DNA from: an uncultured Acidobacteriota bacterium
GTDB lineage: Bacteria; Acidobacteriota; Thermoanaerobaculia; UBA5066; Gp7-AA6
Assembly: GCA_963733815.1 (NCBI GenBank)
Contig: CAVTEG010000015.1
Location: forward strand, 171,910 to 235,909
DNA: 64,000 nucleotides
Reading direction: 5' to 3'
Shown here: positions 9,929 through 20,553 of the stretch, one piece after another
How the letters are laid out: the number at the start of each line of letters is the position of its first letter
Position numbering within the stretch: position 1 is the first letter of the stretch
Notes under the pieces: generated by a model
What the model saw: the letters and a program-made list of their open reading frames with translations, nothing else
What the model was told of the DNA's origin: nothing
The model's database searches: none
Position numbers and translations under genes: made by a program

Positions 9929-10609
9929 CTACCCCTCCGGCGAGAAGCGGTATCCGACCCAGGGCTCCGTCCGGATCCAGTGCGGCTGGTTCGGGTCGTC
10001 CTCGAGCTTGCGCCGGAGGCTTCCCATGTGGACGCGGAGTGTGTCGTTCGTGACCCCGGCCGTGGTGCCCCAGACGGCGGCGAGGAGCTGGCGGTGAGTC
10101 CACACGGCCCCGGGCTTTTTCAGCAGAGTCACGAGGATCGAAAACTCGATCGGCGTCAGATGGACTGGCCGGCCCGCCTTTTGGACGGTCCGGGCTTCCG
10201 GGTCGACCTCGATGTCCGCCCATCGAGTGATCGTCTCGTTCCGGGCGGCTTCGCGCCGCCGCAACAACGCACGGGCGCGCGCCAGAAGCTCGGCGACACC
10301 GAAGGGTTTGGTCACGAAATCGTCCGCTCCCGCGTCGAGAAGGCGGACCTTCTCCCGCTCTTCGCTGCGCACGGTGAGGATCAAGATCGGGACGCTGGAG
10401 CTGCGGCGGATTTCCTGAACCAGCTCGAGGCCGCCCACGCGGGGCATGGCGAGGTCCGTGACGATGAGGTCGAACCGTCCCTCCTCGAACTCCTCGAGCG
10501 CCTCGTGGCCGTCGATCGCCGAGACGACGTTATGGCCTTCCCGCTCAAAGGCATCGCGAACGACTTTGCGGATCCCGGGCTCGTCGTCCGCGACGAGCAC
10601 CCGGCTCAC
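9929..10609 (-). CDS. kdpE: OmpR-family response regulator KdpE
   Basis: The receiver domain carries the DD/D/K signature (VLVADDEP..., LIVTDLAMP), and a winged-helix output domain follows. It overlaps the kinase gene by 4 nt. Confidence 0.9.
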   Translation of the reverse strand: MSRVLVADDEPGIRKVVRDAFEREGHNVVSAIDGHEALEEFEEGRFDLIVTDLAMPRVGGLELVQEIRRSSSVPILILTVRSEEREKVRLLDAGADDFVTKPFGVAELLARARALLRRREAARNETITRWADIEVDPEARTVQKAGRPVHLTPIEFSILVTLLKKPGAVWTHRQLLAAVWGTTAGVTNDTLRVHMGSLRRKLEDDPNQPHWIRTEPWVGYRFSPEG

Positions 10610-12045
10610 GCGGCGCTCCGGGGGAGAGCGATCTCGAAGAGGGTTCCTCCGCCTTCGGCTTCGCTGAGCCGCAGGCGCCCTCCGTTCAGGGCGACGAGGC
10701 TCCGAGCGATGAAGAGGCCGAGCCCGCTGCCGGGCACCTGCGCATCATCCTCGAGACGGACGAACCGCTCGAAGACGTGTTCGCGCTCGGAGGCCGGAAC
10801 TCCCTTGCCCTGGTCGGCAACGCGGATATAGACGGCGTTTTCGTCGGAGGCGACCCAGACGCGGATGGTGGAGCCGGCGGGAGAGTAGCGGGCGGCGTTC
10901 TCGAGACCGTGGCCGAGGGCCTCCGTCAGCTGCGCCGGGTCGACCTCGACGGTCAGCCCCTGGGCCGGCGGGTCGATAAAGAGGCTATGTTCCGCGAGCG
11001 CGTCGCCGAATCGCGCCACGGCCGCCTCCACGATCTCTCCGCAGCTGACGGTTTGCGGGCGCGGCCGAGCGGTACCGGCGTCGAGGCGGACGACGTCCAT
11101 CAGTTCGGCGATGCGGCGGCCGAGGGTCGAGAGCTGCTCGCCGGCCAGCCTCGAGGCCTCCGAGCCGCCGCTCGATGCTTCCCAGTTCTCGATGGCGCCG
11201 CGCGCGGCGGCAACCGGGGTCTTCAGGTCGTGAGCGAGCTGGGCGAGCAGCGTCGACTTCATCTGCTCGCTCGTCCTCGTCTCTTCGCCCGCCCGCGCCA
11301 GGCGCAGAAACCGCTCGCGCTCGACGGCAAGCCCGAGCAGGAGCGCGCAGGCCTCGGCCATCCGCTCGCTCGACCGCAGGCCGCGCGCGACGAGGGTCCC
11401 CGCGCGCTGGAGCCCGACGGGAATCGGGAGATAGATGTCGGTGCCTCCGAGATCGGAGGGATACGCCGCGGAGTTGCCCTGCCGGAACGCCAGCTCGGCG
11501 AGGTCGTGGCGGACCTCGACGTCCCCCGTCGCCGTCCGCTGCGAGAGCTCGCCCTTCTCGTCCGCCAGCAGGATGGCGACCTGCTCGCAGTGGAGGGCCT
11601 GCCGGAGACGGTCGGCCGCGACGCCCAGCAGCGTCTCGCGATTGGTGTCGGTCAAGAAGCCTTGCGAGAGCTGCGTCAGCCCGATCAGGTCGCGGCGCTC
11701 GGACTCGAGCAGTCCGAGCCGCCGCCGTGAAATCGCCGAGAGCCGCCCGATCAACAAGCCCGAGACGAGGAAGACGAAGAGGGCGGAGACGTTGCGCGGA
11801 TCCTGGATCGTGAGCGTATAGAGAGGCGGCAGGAAGAAGAAGTTGAACCCCAGCGTCGCGACCAGCGCCGCGACGACGCCCGGGCCGCTCTGCCAGACCG
11901 AGGCGCAAAAAAAGACGGCCAGCAGGAGGAGCAGTGCGACGGAGGAGTCCGTCAGCTCCGGAAAGAGCTTGAGGAGCCCGACCGTCGCCGCGACGACGAG
12001 GATGGACGCCGGGTAGCCGATCCACTTCCTCGTCGCGATCTTCAT
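10606..12045 (-). CDS. kdpD: KdpD C-terminal half: 4-TM domain (DUF4118), GAF, HisKA and HATPase (split KdpD, part 2)
   Basis: The sequence contains FNFFFLPPLYTLTIQDP (KdpD TM signature), the H-box HDLKTP and the G1/G2 boxes. It lacks the N-terminal KdpD/Usp domains, which are encoded at 2778-3914. Confidence 0.9.
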   Translation of the reverse strand: MKIATRKWIGYPASILVVAATVGLLKLFPELTDSSVALLLLLAVFFCASVWQSGPGVVAALVATLGFNFFFLPPLYTLTIQDPRNVSALFVFLVSGLLIGRLSAISRRRLGLLESERRDLIGLTQLSQGFLTDTNRETLLGVAADRLRQALHCEQVAILLADEKGELSQRTATGDVEVRHDLAELAFRQGNSAAYPSDLGGTDIYLPIPVGLQRAGTLVARGLRSSERMAEACALLLGLAVERERFLRLARAGEETRTSEQMKSTLLAQLAHDLKTPVAAARGAIENWEASSGGSEASRLAGEQLSTLGRRIAELMDVVRLDAGTARPRPQTVSCGEIVEAAVARFGDALAEHSLFIDPPAQGLTVEVDPAQLTEALGHGLENAARYSPAGSTIRVWVASDENAVYIRVADQGKGVPASEREHVFERFVRLEDDAQVPGSGLGLFIARSLVALNGGRLRLSEAEGGGTLFEIALPRSAA

Positions 12046-12067
12046 GGCCCGCCGATTCTATCGGCTC

Positions 12068-13114
12068 TCACGCGATCAACATGGCGTCGCCAAACGAGTA
12101 GAAGAGGTACCCCTTTCGCACGGCCTCGGCATATGCGGCGAGCACGTGTTCGCGGCCGGCAAAGGTGGAAACGAGCATGAGCAGCGTCGAGCGAGGCAGG
12201 TGAAAATTCGTCAGAAGGACGTCGACCACGCGGAACTCGAAGCCCGGCGTGATGAAGAGGTCGGTCGAGAAGCGCAGGTCGCGATCCCCGGCGAGACCCT
12301 CGGGCCGGCGGGCGGCGGCCTCGAGAGATCGAGCGACGGTCGTGCCGACCGCGGCGACGCGGCGCCCCTCTCCCTTCGCGCGCGCCATCGCCGCGAGCGT
12401 CTTCGCGGGAATCGTCGCGTCTTCGGCGGTAAGCGAATGCTGGTCCGTGTCTTCGACGACGACGGGCTTGAACGTGCCGGCGCCGACGGCGAGCGTGAGA
12501 TCGGCGACCTCGATCCCGCGTTCGCGAAGCCGGTCGAAGATTCCCGGCGTGAAGTGCAGACCGGCCGTCGGCGCGGCCACGGCCAGCGGCTCGCGCGCGA
12601 AGACGGTCTGGTACGCCTCGCGATCCGCGGGACGATCCGGCGCCCCCGCGTCGCGACGAATGTAGGGAGGCAGGGGAGTGCGCCCGATGCGCGAGAGCAG
12701 CGAGTCGTCGAGTGGCCGATCGAACGTCACGTGCCGCGTGCCGTCGGATTCGACGGCGTCGACACGCGCGGTCAGCCCCTCTTCGAAGTGGATCGTCCGA
12801 CTCTGTTTCGCCCGCCGTCCGGGTTTTGCGAGCGCGTGCCAGCGAGTGCTGGAGGGATCCTCGCGAGAAAGCAGAAAGATCTCGACGAGGCGTTCCTCGG
12901 CGTCCTTTCCATAGAGGCGCGCGGGACGCACGCGCACGTCGTTGCGGACGAGGAGATCGCCGGGCCGGAGAAGTTCGGGCAGATCCGCGAAACGCTCGTG
13001 ACGGATCTCGCCCGTCGCGCGATCGAGGACGAGCAGCCGGCTCTCACCGCGGGGCCGAGCCTCCTGGGCGATCCGGTCCGCCGGCAGGTCGTAGTCGAAG
13101 AGATCCACACGCAC
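12068..13114 (-). CDS. queA: S-adenosylmethionine:tRNA ribosyltransferase-isomerase
   Basis: The N-terminal FDYDLPADRIAQEARPRGESRLLV is the QueA signature, and the 348-aa length is typical. Confidence 0.9.
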   Translation of the reverse strand: MRVDLFDYDLPADRIAQEARPRGESRLLVLDRATGEIRHERFADLPELLRPGDLLVRNDVRVRPARLYGKDAEERLVEIFLLSREDPSSTRWHALAKPGRRAKQSRTIHFEEGLTARVDAVESDGTRHVTFDRPLDDSLLSRIGRTPLPPYIRRDAGAPDRPADREAYQTVFAREPLAVAAPTAGLHFTPGIFDRLRERGIEVADLTLAVGAGTFKPVVVEDTDQHSLTAEDATIPAKTLAAMARAKGEGRRVAAVGTTVARSLEAAARRPEGLAGDRDLRFSTDLFITPGFEFRVVDVLLTNFHLPRSTLLMLVSTFAGREHVLAAYAEAVRKGYLFYSFGDAMLIA

Positions 13115-13295
13115 GCGGCGTAGGGTATCCGTCAGAAAACCCGCGTTACCGAGGGTAACGGGGCCAGCTCCCGAACCGGAACTGCCGGATACTGCGCCTC
13201 TCCTCTAAGTGGTTCTCCGTCTGCGTGTTCGGGGTCCCTCGAAGGCGGTGGCACGGGAGTTGGAGTAATGGATCGCGGAAACGGAGGGACACCCA

Positions 13296-13391
13296 TGACG
13301 GATCGCGCATTTGGTTCGATCTCGGCAGTGCTGGCCTGCGTGCTGGTGCTCGCGGCGGTCGTCCTGCTGTTCTGGCCCTCGCTGCACGCCT
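13296..13391 (+). CDS. Candidate 31-aa membrane peptide
   Basis: Translation gives MTDRAFGSISAVLACVLVLAAVVLLFWPSLHA, preceded by GGAGGG 6 nt upstream. Confidence 0.2.
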
Positions 13392-13407
13392 GAAATAGCC
13401 TGCGGCC

Positions 13408-14262
13408 GTGGGGGAGGACTATCCCGACGGCCGCGGCCGGGTCCGCGTCGAGGCGGCGGGAATCCCGATCGAGGGCGTCTCGATCGCGGGCCACGAATCC
13501 TTCTACAAGCTCCCCGGCTTTCGGACGCTGCTCGAGTTCGGGCGCGCTCCGGAGGACGTCGTCGGCTACCCGATGGTCGCCGTTTCGCACGGGCACCTCG
13601 ATCACATCGCCGGCCTCGCGCACTACGCGTCGCGGCGGCGGCTCCAGGGGCTTCCGCCGGCGCGGATCCTGGTTCCGAGCGAGGCCGTGGGTCCGGTCGC
13701 GCGCTGGGTCGAGGCGTGCGAAGAGCTCGAGAGGATTCGCTATTCCATCGAGGTCGTCCCGGCCTCGCCGGGCGACCGAATCACGCTCCGCAACGACCTG
13801 GAGCTGACCGTCCTGCCGGGCCGGCACCGCGTGCCGACGGTCGGATATCTTTTCTCGGAGGTCAAGCACAAGCTTCTCGCCGAGTTCGACGGGCGCGCCG
13901 GGCACGAGATTGCGGACCTGAAGGCGAAGGGCGTCGCTGTCACGCGGCGAGAGGAGGTGCCACTCCTCGCGTATACCGGCGACTGCGGCGAGGCGATCTT
14001 CGACGCCGCGCCCGAGATCCTCCGCGCGAAGGTTTTGCTGATCGAGTGCTCGTTTCTCCTCCCCGACGACGTCTCCCGGGCGCGCGAGTACGCGCACATC
14101 CACCTCGACGACATCCTCGCCCGCGCGGATCGCTTCGAGAACCAGGCTCTCGTCCTGACGCACTTCTCCCAGCGCTACCGTCCCGAGGAGATCCGCGAGG
14201 CCCTCGCGGCGATCCCCGAGCCACTGGCCTCCCGCGTGATCCCCTTCCTGCCGCCGTTATGA
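13408..14262 (+). CDS. MBL-fold metallo-hydrolase (RNase Z-like)
   Basis: The HxHxDH motif (SHGHLDHIAG) is present, with downstream His/Asp ligands. The true start may be internal. Confidence 0.7.
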   Translation: MGEDYPDGRGRVRVEAAGIPIEGVSIAGHESFYKLPGFRTLLEFGRAPEDVVGYPMVAVSHGHLDHIAGLAHYASRRRLQGLPPARILVPSEAVGPVARWVEACEELERIRYSIEVVPASPGDRITLRNDLELTVLPGRHRVPTVGYLFSEVKHKLLAEFDGRAGHEIADLKAKGVAVTRREEVPLLAYTGDCGEAIFDAAPEILRAKVLLIECSFLLPDDVSRAREYAHIHLDDILARADRFENQALVLTHFSQRYRPEEIREALAAIPEPLASRVIPFLPPL

Positions 14263-14274
14263 TGGGGATGCGCT

Positions 14275-14350
14275 TGTGGGGTAGTTGAGCTGGTACAACG
14301 TCCGGCTGTTAACCGGAAGGTCGGTGGTTCGAGTCCACCCCCCACAGCCA
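14275..14350 (+). tRNA. tRNA-Asn (anticodon GTT)
   Basis: The cloverleaf was folded by hand: acceptor TGTGGGG/CCCCACA, D arm GTTG/CAAC, anticodon stem TCCGG/CCGGA with loop CTGTTAA, T arm GGTGG-TTCGAGT-CCACC, discriminator G and an encoded CCA. Confidence 0.85.
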
Positions 14351-14496
14351 GACTCGGACTCCTGGCGGCCCGCTTCGCGGGCCAACCGACGGGAGGGGAA
14401 GTCGCTCTGGGACTCTCTCCCACGGATTCGACAGGACGTTCTCGCCCCCCCTCGCTGCGCTATGCGGAGAGTCCTCGGGCTGCGAACGGAAGAGGG

Positions 14497-14967
14497 CTAT
14501 CTCCGGCCGGGCCTCACCACATCGGTCGCGGACTTTCGCTCGTTGACCGCCCAGAGCCCGAGGTGGCTGCGCCAGGCAGCCGCCGAGGCCGGCGTGAGAA
14601 CGAACTCCAGGTCGGTTCCGTCCGAACGTGAGAGACGCAGGACTTCCATGCGGAGCAGTCGGCGTCCGCTGGCGAGGCGGTCGCCGGTAACGATCTTCTG
14701 AAGGCGCTGGGTCGGGAGCGTCGTCGTTTCGCCGAAGAGGCTCTCGAAGACGATCGCGCCTCCTCCCAGTCCGAGGACTCCGGGCAGACGGCGGTGCGGA
14801 CCGGCGCAGAGCTGTGCCCGCGTCAGCAGGTCGAACGGCCGCGAGGCGTCCGCGAGAAGCCGGCTCGCAAGCCGATCCTGTGCGCGCCGCAGGAGCAGGC
14901 GCGGCAGGACCAGCACGAGCAGGACCGCGCCCGCGAGGCCGGCGAGCGCGTATCCGAGCTCAGGCAC
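14497..14967 (-). CDS. Hypothetical membrane-anchored protein
   Basis: A 156-aa ORF with an N-terminal TM helix (LAGLAGAVLLVLVLP). It has no recognisable domain, and the alternative frames are GC-artefact-like. Confidence 0.35.
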   Translation of the reverse strand: MPELGYALAGLAGAVLLVLVLPRLLLRRAQDRLASRLLADASRPFDLLTRAQLCAGPHRRLPGVLGLGGGAIVFESLFGETTTLPTQRLQKIVTGDRLASGRRLLRMEVLRLSRSDGTDLEFVLTPASAAAWRSHLGLWAVNERKSATDVVRPGRR

Positions 14968-14971
14968 CTCT

Positions 14972-16177
14972 CTATGGTACGAAGAACGTCTTCGTCAGGA
15001 ACACGGCCATCTGCCCTCGGCTGTTCGGGTTCGTCGGACAGTAGAGCGGCGGCGGGCCCACGGCGCAGCCTCCCGTGATGCTGCGGTTGTACAGCTCCTC
15101 CACCCAGTCGGAGAACCCTGTCCCGGGAGTGCACGGCACGTCGTCGAAGATGCCGAGGCAGTCCGGCGGGTCGTAGGACGACCCGTCGTGGGCTTTGAGC
15201 AGGAAGACCGCCATCTGCTGCCGTGTGACGGTATCGTTCGGGCAATAGTTCCCGTTGCCACAGCCGCTCGTGACGCCTTCGGTGGAAAGCTCCTCGATCC
15301 AGTCAGCAAACTGGCTCGGGCACGTGACGTCATTGAAGATGCCCTGACAGGCCGGCGGGACATGATTCGACCCGTGCTCGGCCTTGAGGAGGAACACCGC
15401 CATCTGCGCCCGCGAGACCGGAGCGTTCCGGCAGTAGTTGCCTCCGGAACAGCCGGCGGTGACGCCGTTGCGGAAGATCGTCTCGACGTACTGGTGGAAG
15501 GGGTCCGACTGCGGGACGTCGAGGAAATCCGCCATCCATCCGGCGGTCAGCGTCCCGCTTTGCATGTCCGTGTTCGTGACGACGACGTCGTTGAGCACGC
15601 CGGGCGTCAGGACCGGAGTCGTGGCGGTCATCGTCGTCGCGTCGGTGACGTTTTCTCCGCTCGCGTTCGCGCCGCCGACGGTGACGATCGCGCCTGTGCC
15701 GAAATTCGTCCCGGTGATCGTGAACGGGTTGGTCGTGTCTGCCGGGCCCGACGTCGGATCCAGGCTCGTGACGGTGGGTGCCGAGCCGACGTCGGTGACG
15801 ACGACGGTACCCTTCATCAAAGTGTCGTGCACATTGCAGTAGTACGCGAACGTTCCTGCGGAAGAAAACTGGTGGGAGTAAGTGAAGGGTGCCGAATGGG
15901 TGTCGGAGTCCCACAGGCCGTCCGGGGTGCATGGCGGGCAGGCTCCGGAAGTGGTGCTGTGCGTACCGGCGGACCAGACCCAGTCGATCGTGTCGCCGGT
16001 GTGGATGTTCGACGTACTCGTTCCGCTGATCTCGTCCACGAAGTTCGTTCCGCCCATACCGACGTGGACGGTCCGGGTCGCGGCGGCCGCGCCGGGAGAG
16101 GCGCCGAAGAGGCAGATCAGCACGGACGCGGCGAAGCACGAGACTCTCCAAGGCGAGGCGGCGCTTCGAATTCGCAA
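14972..16177 (-). CDS. Secreted cupredoxin (type-1 copper) - IPT/TIG - triple SLH-domain protein
   Basis: It has a signal peptide. A blue-copper loop YYCNVHDTLM (Cys-X2-His-X2-Met) follows an upstream His. An IPT-like segment (TVTSLDPTSGP...FTITGTNFG) is followed by three repeats of the form F.D......F...V......G...G..GNYCPN..V.R.QMAVFL.KA, typical of SLH domains. Confidence 0.7.
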   Translation of the reverse strand: MRIRSAASPWRVSCFAASVLICLFGASPGAAAATRTVHVGMGGTNFVDEISGTSTSNIHTGDTIDWVWSAGTHSTTSGACPPCTPDGLWDSDTHSAPFTYSHQFSSAGTFAYYCNVHDTLMKGTVVVTDVGSAPTVTSLDPTSGPADTTNPFTITGTNFGTGAIVTVGGANASGENVTDATTMTATTPVLTPGVLNDVVVTNTDMQSGTLTAGWMADFLDVPQSDPFHQYVETIFRNGVTAGCSGGNYCRNAPVSRAQMAVFLLKAEHGSNHVPPACQGIFNDVTCPSQFADWIEELSTEGVTSGCGNGNYCPNDTVTRQQMAVFLLKAHDGSSYDPPDCLGIFDDVPCTPGTGFSDWVEELYNRSITGGCAVGPPPLYCPTNPNSRGQMAVFLTKTFFVP

Positions 16178-16377
16178 TGGTCGGCCCTCCTGTTCTCCCC
16201 GGACGGTTCTTGGAGGATTCTAGCGCCCGCTCCGTCCGCGCAGGCCGGGAGCGCGAAGATTTAGGAAATCCTTCATCTTTGGACACCCGTGGCGGACCGT
16301 CACCGGTAGAGCTGAACACTTGTCTGCGAAATCGGAGAGGAATGCGGGTTAGGCCAGCGCCGGGTCCGCCCGGCGCG

Positions 16378-17463
16378 TCAGTGCAGGAACTTCTTGCGAT
16401 TCCTTATGTAGTCGGTGAACAGGAACTCGGCGAGGTTGTAGGGCGAGGCGTAGTACGCGCGGCCGCGGTTGATTTTGGTGAGCTTGTCCACGAACTCGAC
16501 GAGGTAAGTGTCCGTGGCGATCATGAAGGTCGTGATCGTGATGCCGTCGCGGCGGCAGGCGTCGGCCTCCTCCAGCGTGCGGTTGACGATCTTCAGGTCC
16601 AGGCCGAACGGGTTCTTGTAAAGCCGGCCGCGCTCCCAGATCGCCGAAGGCTTTCCGTCGGTGATCAGGAAGATCTGCTTGTTCGGATTCTTGCGGTGGA
16701 CGAGGAGCTTGCGCGCGAGCGCGAGGCCGGCCTTCGTGTTCGTGTGGAACGGGCCGACCTGCGTCTTGGAAATCTCCGAGATCGGCACCCGCCTGGCGTC
16801 GTCGCCGAAGAGGAGCACGTCGATCGAGTCTTTCGGGTACTTCGACTGGATGAGCTCGACCATCGCGAGCGCGACCTTCTTGGCGGGAGTGAACCGGTCT
16901 TCGCCGTAGAGAATCATGGAGTGGGAGATGTCGATCGCGAGCACCGTCGCGCAGGACGTCAGGTGCTCTTCTTCGTGGACCTCGAAGTCCTCGGGCGTGA
17001 GCGAGATGTCCTCGGAGTCGCGGCGCACGGCGTTGCCGATCGTGCGCACGCCGTCGATGGCGGCGGGATTGTCGCCGAACTCATAGGCGCGGGTCTCGGG
17101 GAGAAGCTCGCCACCGCCGCCCGTGCGGGGCACGGCGTGATAGCCCGGTCCGGCCTTCGACAGCGACGTGAAGATTTCCTCGAGAGCCGAGCGCCGGATC
17201 CGCCGCTCGCCGGCGGCGGAGAGCTGGAGCTGGCCGCCGCGCTCCTCGACCATCTCGTTCTTCTGCAGCTCCTTGCGGAACTCGGCGAGGTCGATGGATG
17301 GGTCGATCATTCCGCGGTCCTGGAGGTATTTCATCCAGCGGAGCGCCTCCTCGACGTCGCCGCCGGACTGGAGCACGAGCTGGAGAAAGAGCTTGACGAG
17401 CTCCTGGTAGGTGAGCAGCTCCCGCAGCAGGTCGACCGGGAATTCCTCGTAGCGGTACCGCAT
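16378..17463 (-). CDS. VWA domain-containing protein (partner of the ChlI-like ATPase)
   Basis: The MIDAS motif DISHSM is present with a downstream T and D. The 361-aa length is typical. Confidence 0.8.
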   Translation of the reverse strand: MRYRYEEFPVDLLRELLTYQELVKLFLQLVLQSGGDVEEALRWMKYLQDRGMIDPSIDLAEFRKELQKNEMVEERGGQLQLSAAGERRIRRSALEEIFTSLSKAGPGYHAVPRTGGGGELLPETRAYEFGDNPAAIDGVRTIGNAVRRDSEDISLTPEDFEVHEEEHLTSCATVLAIDISHSMILYGEDRFTPAKKVALAMVELIQSKYPKDSIDVLLFGDDARRVPISEISKTQVGPFHTNTKAGLALARKLLVHRKNPNKQIFLITDGKPSAIWERGRLYKNPFGLDLKIVNRTLEEADACRRDGITITTFMIATDTYLVEFVDKLTKINRGRAYYASPYNLAEFLFTDYIRNRKKFLH

Positions 17464-17467
17464 GGTT

Positions 17468-18151
17468 TCAGTCCCGCGCGACGGCGGAGCGCCAGACGCG
17501 GGCGGACTCCGTCAGAAGCGTGCGGTCGCTGATCGTGAAGACGCTGTAGCCGAGCTTCGCCAGGGGCGGGATCTCGTCGCGCGTGCGCAGCATGATGCCC
17601 GCAGCCTTGCCCGCCTCCTTCGCCACGGCGCCGACGCGCTCGACGGCCGCGCGGTAGCGAGGCTCGTCGTAATGGCCGGGAACTCCGAGTGACTGCGAGA
17701 GGTCGTTCGGCCCGATGAACAACAGGTCGACGCCGTCTTCCGCGGCGATCTCGGAGGCGGCGTTGAGCGCTCCGGCGGTCTCGATCTGGACGATGACCGC
17801 CGTAGACGCGTTGGCGTCCCGGACGAACTGGTCGAAGGATATGGCTCCGTACCGGTTCGCTCGGACGCCGGCGAGCCCGCGCTTGCCGGCCGGCGCGTAC
17901 TTGACACACTCGACGGCGCCGCGGACCGCGGCGATACCGTCGGCACGCGGAAACAGGGTCCCCGCGGCTCCCGTGTCGAGGGCGCGTCCCGCGTCCGCCG
18001 GCGACTGGCAACTGGGAACGCGGACGACCGCGAAGGCCTTCGCGGCGTCGGCTGCACGGACCAGGCGCCCCACCGACTCCGGGTTGAAGAGACCGTGCTC
18101 GGTGTCGATCACCAGGAAGTCGAAGCCCGCGGCCGCGAGCATCTCGACCAC
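17468..18151 (-). CDS. HpcH/HpaI-family aldolase (citrate lyase beta-like); start uncertain and probably upstream
   Basis: AGFDFLVIDTEHG and the downstream motifs match this family. The N-terminus looks about 20 aa short, so a non-ATG start upstream of 18151 is likely. Confidence 0.7.
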   Translation of the reverse strand: MVEMLAAAGFDFLVIDTEHGLFNPESVGRLVRAADAAKAFAVVRVPSCQSPADAGRALDTGAAGTLFPRADGIAAVRGAVECVKYAPAGKRGLAGVRANRYGAISFDQFVRDANASTAVIVQIETAGALNAASEIAAEDGVDLLFIGPNDLSQSLGVPGHYDEPRYRAAVERVGAVAKEAGKAAGIMLRTRDEIPPLAKLGYSVFTISDRTLLTESARVWRSAVARD

Positions 18152-18316
18152 GACTTCCGACGGAGAGGTCAGAAACGCGCCCAGGAGAGGCTCCCGGGCC
18201 AGGACGCGCGCGCGGAAGAAACGCTCAGCAGCGATTCGGGCCTCCCGTTCGCCTAACTCCGGGATCCTTCGTCGCTGCGCTCCTCAGGATGATGCGCGAC
18301 GGCTTCGCTTCGCGCA

Positions 18317-19909
<1,593 letters not shown>

Positions 19910-20004
19910 GTCACTCCTGAACGACGTCCTTCGGGCGACTCCTGGCGATCAATCGAGACCTGACCCCATGCTTTCTCCGGCTACCTGCCGGCGTTTCGCG
20001 ATTC

Positions 20005-20553
20005 TCAACCGGGTTTGAACGGGGGAACCTTTTCGCCGGGACGGAAGAGCTCGGCGGAGGGCTTTCCCGCGAGCGAGGCCGCGCGTCGCGCGAGCCCCTC
20101 GAGCGCCTTGCGGTCGAACCCCTCCACGGTCTCGGCGATCGTCCCGTCGGGAGACACGCGGAAGAGCGTCGGGACGGTCGTCATGCCGAGCGCATCGGAA
20201 GCCTTCCAGGGCTCGGGGTCGTAACGCGTGTCGAGCCTTGCGCCGGTCCGCTGGCTGAAGGCCCGCGTCTTCGCGGCGTTGTCCTGGCTGACGGCGATCA
20301 CGCGCAGCTTGCCGCCCTCGGCGACCTGGCGGATGCGCTCCAGAAACGGCCAGGTCAACTCGCAGACCGGGCAGGTCGTCTTGAAGACGGCGTAGAGGGT
20401 CTCGCCGTCCGCCGCGGCCGACGGCGCTCCGGACTCGTCGAGAAGAGAAACGCGCGGGAATCGGGTTCCGGGCGAGAGGGCAGCCACGTTCCGGATTATA
20501 GACTTCGCCAGCGGCGCGCCGGCGTGGATCCCGCGCGCGGCGGAGGACCGCAT
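20005..20553 (-). CDS. Thioredoxin-fold thiol-disulfide oxidoreductase (TlpA/ResA-like); start uncertain
   Basis: A CPVC active site sits in a thioredoxin-like context (FKTTCPVCELTWPFL). The upstream part of the track ORF is likely a non-coding read-through. Confidence 0.6.
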   Translation of the reverse strand: MRSSAARGIHAGAPLAKSIIRNVAALSPGTRFPRVSLLDESGAPSAAADGETLYAVFKTTCPVCELTWPFLERIRQVAEGGKLRVIAVSQDNAAKTRAFSQRTGARLDTRYDPEPWKASDALGMTTVPTLFRVSPDGTIAETVEGFDRKALEGLARRAASLAGKPSAELFRPGEKVPPFKPG

